A stretch of 64,000 bases of DNA from a virus (lineage: Duplodnaviria; Caudoviricetes). The notes under the pieces were generated by a model, which saw nothing but the letters and a program-made list of their open reading frames with translations, searched no databases and had not been told where the DNA came from. A program made the position numbers and the translations under genes. Positions within the stretch are counted from its first letter, which is position 1, and every line of letters starts with the position of its first letter. Location: the IMG/VR virus record IMGVR_UViG_3300034062_005355, one strand, 5' to 3'. Of the stretch, positions 1-8,200 are shown piece after piece.

Positions 1-2
1 TA

Positions 3-347
3 TTATTTCAAAATGAACCATCTGAGGATAAATTCAAAAGAGGTAAGGCATTTTACAATAGAAATTTACATTACACATTATATTACAACCCAATTGATTT
101 AACCTTAAACATTTTTTATAATTCAATAAATGACAATGAAGAAAATATAGTTGTTATTGTTAATAAAGAAAAAGTAATTAATATTTCGGTTAAACCAAAT
201 CATTGGCATATAAGAAGTTTGGGAGTTTTTGACAATATAAATCATGTAAGAATAGACAATTTAAAAAAAGTTATATATGAAAAAACATTTGATGATAAGT
301 TTAGAGAGGTTTTTAAAATAAAGGCATACATAATGGATATTGAATGA
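3..347 (+). CDS. 5'-truncated ORF, last gene before sugar-modification cluster
   Basis: Open frame 3 from window edge to TGA at 345-347; ATGA overlap with next gene. Confidence 0.7.
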   Translation, partial: LFQNEPSEDKFKRGKAFYNRNLHYTLYYNPIDLTLNIFYNSINDNEENIVVIVNKEKVINISVKPNHWHIRSLGVFDNINHVRIDNLKKVIYEKTFDDKFREVFKIKAYIMDIE

Positions 348-1171
348 AAAAAATAATAAATTTCACACCAACAGGAACTCAAACCACAAGGAGTAATTCA
401 TTTGCACCATTAACACCAAATGAAATAATTGATTCAGTTTATGAGGCAAACGAGATTGGAATATCTATTGTTCATTTACATGCAAGAGATGAGGTTACAT
501 TAGAGAATACCTACAAGAAAGAAGTATATCAAAGGATAATAGAGGGGATAAAAATATATTGTCCTGAACTATTAATTTGTGTATCATTAACGGGAAGAAA
601 CTTTCCTGAGTTAGAAAAAAGGTCGGAGGTATTACAATTATATCCTGACATGGGTTCACTAACAATGTCATCATTAAACTTTCCATCAGGGACATCAATC
701 AATCAACCTGAGATGATATTATCTTTAATCAATGAGATGGATAAGTATGGGGTTCAACCTGAGATAGAATGTTTTGATACAGGGATGTTAAACTATACAA
801 ATTACATTATTTCAAAGAACATATTACAGCCACCATATCACATCAATATCATATTAGGAAACATGTACAATGGTCAATGTGATTTGGGTACCTTATCAAC
901 AATCAAAAACAATCTACCATCAAACTCATTTACCTGTTTGGGTGGAATAGGTTCACAACAACTAAAGAGTACAACATACGGGTTATTAGATTTTGATGGA
1001 ATTAGAATCGGGTTGGAAGATAATCTATATTACAAAGATAAGGTAAAGACAACAAATATGGAGTTATTAAAACGTGCCCATAGGATAATGAATGAGTTGG
1101 ACATGAAACACTATACATCAAAAGAATTAAGAGAAAAAGGATATGGCAACAAAATTATTAATATTAGGTAA
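344..1171 (+). CDS. Beta-keto acid cleavage enzyme family (BKACE/Kce-like, DUF849)
   Basis: TPTG start, VHLHARD metal motif, PDMGSL, EIECFD, RIGLEDN. Confidence 0.85.
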   Translation: MKKIINFTPTGTQTTRSNSFAPLTPNEIIDSVYEANEIGISIVHLHARDEVTLENTYKKEVYQRIIEGIKIYCPELLICVSLTGRNFPELEKRSEVLQLYPDMGSLTMSSLNFPSGTSINQPEMILSLINEMDKYGVQPEIECFDTGMLNYTNYIISKNILQPPYHINIILGNMYNGQCDLGTLSTIKNNLPSNSFTCLGGIGSQQLKSTTYGLLDFDGIRIGLEDNLYYKDKVKTTNMELLKRAHRIMNELDMKHYTSKELREKGYGNKIINIR

Positions 1172-1796
1172 GGGGGATAATAACATTACGATGATATTGG
1201 ATAACTTGTATTCACATAATACAAGACAACCTGATATTCACGTATACAATAATTTGAATCTACCAATCCTAAACACATTTGAACATGATAGATTTAATAT
1301 TGAAATGTTTAACACGGTCAATATGGATGACTACGACTTGATGGCTCTTGGTGTATATCAACCATCACATAAGATAAAAATCGTGGAGACATTAAATCCT
1401 GATAAGAACAAATTCATGAATATAATTCATGATGGTTTGGATATCTCTTACACGAGTAAACTTGGTCGTGGACTTCTAATCAATTCAAAGGTATCAATTG
1501 CCGCACACACGACCATAGGAGACTTTGTATCAATCAACAGACATGTTTCCATAGGTCATCATACAAACGTCGGTGACTATTGTTCTATCAACCCAGGAGT
1601 TAACATTGCGGGAAACGTAACCATAGGAGAAGGAACAACAATAGGAATAGGTGCAAATATAATTGACGGGATAAAGATAGGAAAGAATTCCATAATAGGT
1701 GCAGGTTCAGTTGTAACAAAAGACATTCCCGATAATGTAATTGCTTACGGTAATCCATGTAAAATAATTAGAGACAATGAAACACAATCCATATAA
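1143..1796 (+). CDS. NeuD/PglD-family sugar acyltransferase (left-handed beta-helix)
   Basis: Hexapeptide repeats, GAGSVVTKDIPDN...GNP C-terminus. Confidence 0.9.
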   Translation: MATKLLILGKGDNNITMILDNLYSHNTRQPDIHVYNNLNLPILNTFEHDRFNIEMFNTVNMDDYDLMALGVYQPSHKIKIVETLNPDKNKFMNIIHDGLDISYTSKLGRGLLINSKVSIAAHTTIGDFVSINRHVSIGHHTNVGDYCSINPGVNIAGNVTIGEGTTIGIGANIIDGIKIGKNSIIGAGSVVTKDIPDNVIAYGNPCKIIRDNETQSI

Positions 1797-2370
1797 GATA
1801 GTACAAATGTTTGAGGAGGAGATTGCCGAATATACGGGAGCTCCATACGCAGTGGCATTAGATAATTGCACTGATGCATTATTTTTATGTTGTACATACT
1901 TGAATGTGGAACATGTTACAATACCTAAGAAGACTTACTTATCGGTTCCACAGGCTGTAATGGCATCAGGGGGAAAACTATCTTTTGATGATGTGGAGTG
2001 GAAAGGGTTGTATCAATTAAAACCATACCCAATTTATGATTCAGCAAGAAGATTCACTTCAAATATGTATATACCAAATACATTCATGTGTTTATCGTTT
2101 CATCCCAAGAAGACACTAAAAATGAGAAAGGGTGGAATGATTCTAACTGATAATGAAGAGGCATACAAATGGTTTAAGAAAGCAAGACACGAAGGTAGAG
2201 ATGAAATACCATATACCCAAGATAATATAAAGTTTATGGGATGGAATATGTATATGACACCACCTGATGCCGCAGAAGGATTGTGGTTAATGTCGTCAAT
2301 GCCAAAGGATAATGAAGATACAATAGAGGATTATCCTGACCTAACAAGAAATGATTTATTCAAATTGTAG
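1777..2370 (+). CDS. Short DegT/DnrJ/EryC1/StrS PLP aminotransferase
   Basis: FEEEIAEYTGAPYAVA, DSA, SFHPKK PLP lysine, GGMILT; only 197 aa. Confidence 0.85.
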   Translation: MKHNPYKIVQMFEEEIAEYTGAPYAVALDNCTDALFLCCTYLNVEHVTIPKKTYLSVPQAVMASGGKLSFDDVEWKGLYQLKPYPIYDSARRFTSNMYIPNTFMCLSFHPKKTLKMRKGGMILTDNEEAYKWFKKARHEGRDEIPYTQDNIKFMGWNMYMTPPDAAEGLWLMSSMPKDNEDTIEDYPDLTRNDLFKL

Positions 2371-2445
2371 TCTATTATAAAAAAGTTTGGGGTTATTAAT
2401 AATTGTGGTATCTTTGTATCTCACAAATAAAGACAACTTAAAACT

Positions 2446-2667
2446 ATGACAGCTTTAGAACTAATCGAAAACGTGGAGATTTTAACTCAAGAACAGTATG
2501 AAATTGTAGATGCATACGACAAAGAGAATTCTACTAATTTAGTTTGGACTTATTTGAATAACATTGGTCCTGACTTTTATACAGGGATTACTCGTTGGTT
2601 AAACACTAACATATATTCAGAAGCGGATAAAGAAGAGTTTGATTTACAAAAGGAGATGGGTTATTAA
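2446..2667 (+). CDS. Hypothetical protein
   Basis: ORF downstream of TTTG-N19-TATCTTTG promoter (2386-2416). Confidence 0.75.
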   Translation: MTALELIENVEILTQEQYEIVDAYDKENSTNLVWTYLNNIGPDFYTGITRWLNTNIYSEADKEEFDLQKEMGY

Positions 2668-3108
2668 TTATCTAAAACTATGTGTATAAGACAATGCGTT
2701 CGTATTGAATACTCCATTTATAATAGTCAATAAAGGTACACTCCAAACATCCACACTTCCAAACAAACTCTCAAGCCTTTCATACATCTCATCAGATAAT
2801 ATAATGGTATCAAACTCTTTGTTATTTATATTAGGGGGATTATAACAAGGTTCAGGTAAATCACCTTTAAGTTCGGAAGGGTAATCACCATCATCATCGT
2901 AGTACTTACTATTAACCAATTTAAATAGATAATCGTTATATTCACTATCAGGTAGAACAAACCCTACAGCATAAGGGTCACAACAAACACCCATACCACA
3001 GTTAAATTCAGCCCAATCATAATAAGAATCATCAAATCCTTCAAATGACATATTAATGTAGTTGTGAATGACTTTAGTAAGTTTAGATTCTGTGATGGTT
3101 ACTTTCAT
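2668..3108 (-). CDS. MKxIITE-family protein
   Basis: MKVTITESKL start; TATTTAT motif at 3114-3120 (minus). Confidence 0.85.
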   Translation of the reverse strand: MKVTITESKLTKVIHNYINMSFEGFDDSYYDWAEFNCGMGVCCDPYAVGFVLPDSEYNDYLFKLVNSKYYDDDGDYPSELKGDLPEPCYNPPNINNKEFDTIILSDEMYERLESLFGSVDVWSVPLLTIINGVFNTNALSYTHSFR

Positions 3109-3923
3109 ATGAAATAAATATAAGAGTATGTGGTTAATGTGAAACTAATTCACTCACTCCATGGGTGTCTACTTCGTGACACCATTCCCTTCGTTCATTC
3201 CTTTCACATTCCCCCACCTTATAACTTGTCCCCACCAAACGACAAGACATATGACATGTGATGTAGTGGTTAGATAATATATAGTATAAAAAGACAATAT
3301 CCTACGGATAATAGATAACATACTATCTACGACCTAACCATATAGTGTGGGGAATGAGATGGACTCGTAAGATAAGACCTACGGTCTATGTTTATGTGAG
3401 TCCATTAGTCTCCCACTTATCACCACATGACTTGTCTCCACTATGAAGGGACATATAATATCCACCACGTATGGGGTTAAATAACCTATCGGTTCACTCC
3501 TATAGTCGGTCTTCGACACTCGTTGAAGGGGGATAAAATCCCTCTGTAACACTCACTACGTTCGTTTCACCGCCCATTACACTAGACACTCCTTTTTTAT
3601 CTGGAAAACGTATATAGTAAAAATATGGTCCTCACACTATCGTCAGGGGGAAAAAAGTGGTCATTATACTATCCACATAACCATATCGGTGGTAAAAAGT
3701 GGGGGATAGTGTAGTGACAGGAATACCACAAAAGGGGGTCAGGGGATTATCCCCATGCTAACGCGTCCCCTGACATTTTGACAAATCCAAATTTTTACCC
3801 CTAAAGTTACCCACATCCCCAAACTTTTTATCCCCCTGTCATAGTGTCATGTGGAAAAGTATATTTGTGGATAAGTTTATTTTATGTGTTCCGTAACCCT
3901 AATCTGTTCACTTTGTTCACAAT

Positions 3924-4214
3924 GTGAATATATTTATCCACATGGAAATAACTGTGGACACATTGTCATATGCAATGGACGTAATAGAGGTGGGGAGAAT
4001 AAGAATGGTAATCTCTCTCAACGAGGAAGTGGAACTCGGAACATTATATTTTGAGAAGGCGAAGAGAACCTTCCAACGAAAACCAATAGGGATGGATGCG
4101 TGGGCATGTGTGGATGCAAAGATAGAGGGGTTATATGTCCATGGTGGTGAACACATAACCCCCAAGGATATGGTAAGGAAATGTCAGGACCTCATCAAAG
4201 AGAACGGTTACTAA
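3924..4214 (+). CDS. Hypothetical protein (uncertain)
   Basis: ORF overlaps DnaA-like boxes; true start may be further downstream. Confidence 0.4.
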   Translation: MNIFIHMEITVDTLSYAMDVIEVGRIRMVISLNEEVELGTLYFEKAKRTFQRKPIGMDAWACVDAKIEGLYVHGGEHITPKDMVRKCQDLIKENGY

Positions 4215-4238
4215 CCCCTTCTCCGACGTGGCGGGGTA

Positions 4239-4316
4239 TTAATCTTTCTTGGTTAACATACGGTATATCCACATGATGATATACCCCAAGAATAAAGCTT
4301 GTAAAAATTTTCTCAT
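4239..4316 (-). CDS. 25-aa hydrophobic peptide MRKFLQALFLGYIIMWIYRMLTKKD
   Basis: ATG 5 nt after TATCTTTG promoter (4321-4328); hand-translated. Confidence 0.55.
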   Translation of the reverse strand: MRKFLQALFLGYIIMWIYRMLTKKD

Positions 4317-4569
4317 GGTACAAAGATATAAAAAGTATTTAGATTTACAACATATTAATTATATTTATTAGTATAATGTTAATATTCCCCCTCAGTAGGG
4401 GATTCACCACTCAGTATCTTAATGAACGTAAAGTTTGGGGTTAATGTTTAATGAATAATCTTATTAAAAATATTACCCTGTGGGTAAGAGAAAGTTAATA
4501 ACCTACACGGAATTTTTTTATTCCATATGTGTGGGGTTTTTAGTTTATGGTCCCCATATTTTTTTTATA

Positions 4570-4613
4570 GGGCGAGCCGCCTCTGATTCAGCTCCAAGGG
4601 TTTCCCCCAGCCC
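4570..4613 (-). ncRNA. Candidate small structured RNA/DNA element
   Basis: GC-rich island; GGGC/GCCC closing stem, GGG-GAAA-CCC hairpin, GAGC/GCTC stem. Confidence 0.25.
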
Positions 4614-4698
4614 GTCTTAACAATCTCCCGATATGTGACAATACAAAGGTATGGATAATAATTCAAACCCCCAAATATATTTTCATATATTTATTATT

Positions 4699-5127
4699 AT
4701 GACAAGAGAAGAATTAGAAAACAACTATGAGTATAAGGTAACCAAGAAAGCTCTCATGAGAGAGTTCCCCTTCATTAAGGATGTCTTTGTTAAAGAGGAT
4801 GAAGATATAACAAGATGGTCACACACCATATATCTCGACGTTATAATTGACCCCTTCGCCTTTGGACACCAATATGGTTTCCGTGTTTGGGGACCAATCA
4901 TTAATTACCTTAAACGTGGGGAACCTTATATGTCCCCATACCTATCCCTATTCATCGGGGACCCTGATAGGGTTGAACTTGCATCACCTATTAACAAAGC
5001 CATGGAGGAACTGATGGATGGTATTCATAAGTCCCCCGCCATTCCACAGGAACTTAAGCTTAATAAGAAGTTAATGTTGGGGTCCTTCACCGCAACCCCA
5101 TCATCCTTACCGTCAAACCTGTCATAG
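4699..5127 (+). CDS. Hypothetical protein
   Basis: Track ORF 4651; start re-called at ATG 4699 after TATTTAT 4688-4694. Confidence 0.75.
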   Translation: MTREELENNYEYKVTKKALMREFPFIKDVFVKEDEDITRWSHTIYLDVIIDPFAFGHQYGFRVWGPIINYLKRGEPYMSPYLSLFIGDPDRVELASPINKAMEELMDGIHKSPAIPQELKLNKKLMLGSFTATPSSLPSNLS

Positions 5128-5496
5128 TGACATAACCAAACTAACTTGTCCACATCCCACTGTTGATAACTATAGGAGGGGTGTTTTTTATCCACACCGA
5201 CATAGGAGGGGTGGGGATAACTAACTTATCCACATACCCCTGTCATCCCCCCCTTTGGCATGGGGGTACACCCCCCTCCCCTCCCGTATCCCCCCTTACA
5301 TACTGTCAGAATGTCAGGTTAGGGGGGATAATCCCCTATATAACGACTTTAAAAATTTTGGGAAAAAATGTTCCCTTTTTTGACTATTTATCTTATAGTA
5401 AAACTTATGTATATGAAAAAGAATTTTTGTTTATTTGTTAAGAAAATTACTTTCGGGAAAGTTTGTCTCGGATGGTGTACAATTTAATTAACTTAA

Positions 5497-6014
5497 CCCC
5501 TCCCAACAGAGGGGTTTTTTATTTAAGTGAACCACCTAAGGATTTAAGTACACCACCTATGGGGAATAAGAGCACCAACCCTTTTTTTAAACCCCATAGT
5601 ATTTATTGAATATGAATCTACAAGATACCATAAGAAAAGTTCTTAAAGAAGAAATTAAATCATCTCTCAAACTTAGACGAGTGTTAAGTATGTTGGATTA
5701 TGAGGTTGAATATAGATTAAGTTCAATTTATAGACCAGATAACATATGTAGATATGAGAGTGGTGAAGAATTATTGGATGTGGTAGGTGAGGCCGCAATT
5801 GACTCAATGTATTATAAATATTTTGGTAATATGGATGATACTTCAAAAGAATGGGAAAGAACATATTATGATATGGTCCATTATATTGATATGAAATATG
5901 GTGAAAGAATAAAAGATTATTATAATAACAATTGCGAAAATAAAGTTTAATATCCCCCCTCCCAACAGAGGGGTTTTTTATTTAAGATCACCACCTATGG
6001 GGAATAAGAGCACC
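5497..6014 (+). repeat. Direct repeats flanking gene 5612-5950
   Basis: 31-bp terminator block at 5497-5527 and 5956-5986; 26-bp block at 5551-5576 and 5989-6014. Confidence 0.9.
5612..5950 (+). CDS. Hypothetical protein, MNLQxxIRKVLKEE N-terminus
   Basis: TATTTAT 5600-5606, ATG 5612. Confidence 0.8.
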   Translation: MNLQDTIRKVLKEEIKSSLKLRRVLSMLDYEVEYRLSSIYRPDNICRYESGEELLDVVGEAAIDSMYYKYFGNMDDTSKEWERTYYDMVHYIDMKYGERIKDYYNNNCENKV

Positions 6015-6112
6015 ACCCCTTGATTTAAGAACACGACCCCCTATTTCAATTTGGTCCTAAATCCTGAAAAAAAATTTTTGGAAAATTTTGGGGAAATGTC
6101 TATCTTTGTGGA

Positions 6113-6370
6113 ATGGAAAATTTATGGTCAAAGGCTCATCATTTTATTTTGGATTCCAAGGTGGGTGATTTTTATATGTCGGGGGATAAGAAGGTTTCGG
6201 TTGTTAGGAGAAGTCCAAAGAGGATATATTTTTCCAATGGGAACATCATCTCTATAAAAACCGTTAAGGATGATGTTCATGATTTTTTTTATTTGTCGGG
6301 AAAGAATATTGATAATATGTTAAGGGATATTGAAGGTTATTTTATCTATAAGATTCATAGTAAATTATAG
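6113..6370 (+). CDS. Hypothetical protein
   Basis: TATCTTTG promoter at 6101-6108. Confidence 0.75.
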   Translation: MENLWSKAHHFILDSKVGDFYMSGDKKVSVVRRSPKRIYFSNGNIISIKTVKDDVHDFFYLSGKNIDNMLRDIEGYFIYKIHSKL

Positions 6371-6415
6371 GTTGGGGTTTTTTATTGTATTTGGTTTGGG
6401 GATATTCGTAAACCT

Positions 6416-6466
6416 CCGACCACCCGAACTCCCTTCGGTCGGTTCAATCCCCCCGCCCCCTTTTTT
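6416..6466 (+). repeat. CCGAC hairpin element, copy 1
   Basis: 32 bp identical to 7626-7657; followed by C-run and T-run. Confidence 0.9.
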
Positions 6467-6517
6467 CTGGGTTATTTGTCTTTATGTTATAACCAATTAA
6501 ACAACCTTCCCCATCTT

Positions 6518-6584
6518 ATTATGTTTATGCCACACCCATTGGTTGCATATACGATATGAATATCGGGTATGCGATAGTTAGGTT
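6518..6584 (-). mobile_element. attC-like site, family 2, copy A
   Basis: 63 bp identical to 50684-50746; on minus, ACCTAAC directly follows the stop of 6584-6856; internal hairpin. Confidence 0.65.
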
Positions 6585-6856
6585 CAATCATTAATTTGTT
6601 TTGAGTTTTCAATATATTTTAAAACCAACAAACGAAAGATAAAAGTTTTGAACGGTATTATTTTATCTGATGGTATTTTATCACCAATCCAGCGAGTAAA
6701 CCATTTTTCATGCGGATATGTTAATAATGATTCTAAAAATCTATCATAACTCATTGCTCCCATACAAGAATCACAAGCTAAATCCATTGGCAACCACCAA
6801 TCAACGTATTCTTGATGTGCTATTTTTAAAATCTCTTCTTTTTCTATTTTATTCAT
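6584..6856 (-). CDS. Cassette-borne hypothetical protein
   Basis: Start re-called at ATG 6856 after TACCTTTG (6864-6871). Confidence 0.8.
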   Translation of the reverse strand: MNKIEKEEILKIAHQEYVDWWLPMDLACDSCMGAMSYDRFLESLLTYPHEKWFTRWIGDKIPSDKIIPFKTFIFRLLVLKYIENSKQIND

Positions 6857-6888
6857 ATTTTTACAAAGGTAAAACAAATTAATGACAA

Positions 6889-6943
6889 AACCTAACAAAT
6901 GATAAACAACATTAAAACGATTGTTTATTATCGGACGTTATAA
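6889..6943 (-). mobile_element. attC-like site, family 1, copy A
   Basis: TAAC...GTTA ends, ATAAACAA/TTGTTTAT stem; 48/49 identical to 51148-51196. Confidence 0.7.
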
Positions 6944-6949
6944 GTAATA

Positions 6950-7243
6950 TTATTTTTTGATACGTTCTGCGCAAAATTTACAATTCCCTTTGTGTGTTAA
7001 AACATCGCTATGAAATGCGTTTATGTATCCGATATATTCGCAACTATCAATAACGTATAATCTCATATTTCTTATGCCGTTTCCATCAGCAGCATCAATT
7101 TTATCAATAATTGGATAAATTTTGTCAATAGGTGTTAGATCCTGTTTTGGTGTTTCGCTTCCACAACCGAAAAAAATAACAGATACTAACAGCACATAAG
7201 TAAAGACAAAGTGTCTGTGGTAAATTGATGTTATCGTTTTCAT
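6950..7243 (-). CDS. Putative lipoprotein
   Basis: Hydrophobic leader ending FFGC; CEYI and HKGNCKFC motifs; promoter 7279-7286. Confidence 0.75.
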   Translation of the reverse strand: MKTITSIYHRHFVFTYVLLVSVIFFGCGSETPKQDLTPIDKIYPIIDKIDAADGNGIRNMRLYVIDSCEYIGYINAFHSDVLTHKGNCKFCAERIKK

Positions 7244-7339
7244 ATTATATTTGTTTTTAAATTAAATTTTTATCACAACAAATATAAGAAATAAATTTTG
7301 ATTTATCTATTTTTATAAAAAAATAACTACCTTTGTGTT

Positions 7340-7606
7340 ATGGAACATGAGGAAAATAAAATACAGGAATTGGAAGGAGAAATTTTTGAGATGGGATCTA
7401 TTCTTAAGGACCATAGAGATAAGGAGAGAATTTATCAGGAGATATTATCTGACATTAATGGTTCCATAATTAATTTATTTAAAAGAGAAGAAGAGAATAT
7501 CCGATTTAATTTTGGTGAAGAAATTGATTATCGTCAATGTATGATTGGAATGAAAGAATACTTGGATAACATTAAATCTGTGTATAAGGGAAAGATTAAT
7601 TTTTAA
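7340..7606 (+). CDS. Hypothetical protein
   Basis: TACCTTTG promoter 7328-7335. Confidence 0.8.
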   Translation: MEHEENKIQELEGEIFEMGSILKDHRDKERIYQEILSDINGSIINLFKREEENIRFNFGEEIDYRQCMIGMKEYLDNIKSVYKGKINF

Positions 7607-7625
7607 TGGTGATATTCATATACCG

Positions 7626-7678
7626 CCGACCACCCGAACTCCCTTCGGTCGGTTCAAACCCCCCGCCCCCCTTTTTTT
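7626..7678 (+). repeat. CCGAC hairpin element, copy 2
   Basis: Identical 32-bp core to 6416-6447. Confidence 0.9.
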
Positions 7679-7679
7679 G

Positions 7680-7835
7680 TCATGCGGACAACTCGTTTCC
7701 ATCAGGTTTAAGTCTATAATCATCAATATTCCTTGTTGCTGACAAAAGCAAATCCATTGCTTGGGCATAGTAGTTTGCTTTAATTCTTATCTCAATATTT
7801 GAGTTTAAGATGTTTTCAAAAATATATTCTTTCAT
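7680..7835 (-). CDS. Small hypothetical protein
   Basis: Track ORF 7680-7865; likely start MKEYIF. Confidence 0.6.
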   Translation of the reverse strand: MKEYIFENILNSNIEIRIKANYYAQAMDLLLSATRNIDDYRLKPDGNELSA

Positions 7836-7885
7836 TTTGTATTTTCCGAAGTTTTGTTTAACCAATCATTTATTTCTTTGATGTT

Positions 7886-8080
7886 CTATTTTTGTTTCAA
7901 TTCAAGTAAATCTTTTTCAAGTTGTTTTATGATTCTCTCCACCAAATAACTAATTTGTTCCATTCTGCTTCCTTCACCTTCATAGTAAGTAAATCCATGG
8001 TTTGTTAATGGATGGTATAACTTCCTAATCTCATTTAGTGCGGTTGCCTTTTTTTGTAATATAACTTGCTCTCGTGTCAT
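7886..8080 (-). CDS. Hypothetical protein
   Basis: Promoter caaaggta at 8103-8110. Confidence 0.75.
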   Translation of the reverse strand: MTREQVILQKKATALNEIRKLYHPLTNHGFTYYEGEGSRMEQISYLVERIIKQLEKDLLELKQK

Positions 8081-8200
8081 AATCAGTAAATTTTATTTTT
8101 AACAAAGGTATATATAAATTCGACATATCCAAATAAAAACCAACCTTTTTTTATTTAAAATAATTCATTATCTTTGTTGGGTTATCCTAAAAATAATGTT

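Larger units (their letters stand above)
3110..5600. other. Putative replication origin region
   Basis: Four perfect TTATCCACA boxes (3866, 3934, 5188, 5226), about 9 near-matches, TGTCA-N3-TGTCA repeats, low coding density. Confidence 0.55.

Noticed and set aside
5163-5441. 92-aa ORF over the right DnaA-box arm (and 3917-4165 over the left arm)
   Set aside because: Non-ATG or weak starts, low-complexity translation, and overlap with dense DNA motifs.
6441-6460. ggttcaatcc / ggttcaaacc resembling a tRNA T-loop (also at 7651)
   Set aside because: No complementary T-stem, anticodon arm or acceptor stem; part of the CCGAC repeat. No tRNA was recognised by eye in the window.
6889-6943. attC-like sites as simple terminators
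   Set aside because: No T-tract after the stem, and a terminator would not explain matching ends specific to each enclosed gene.
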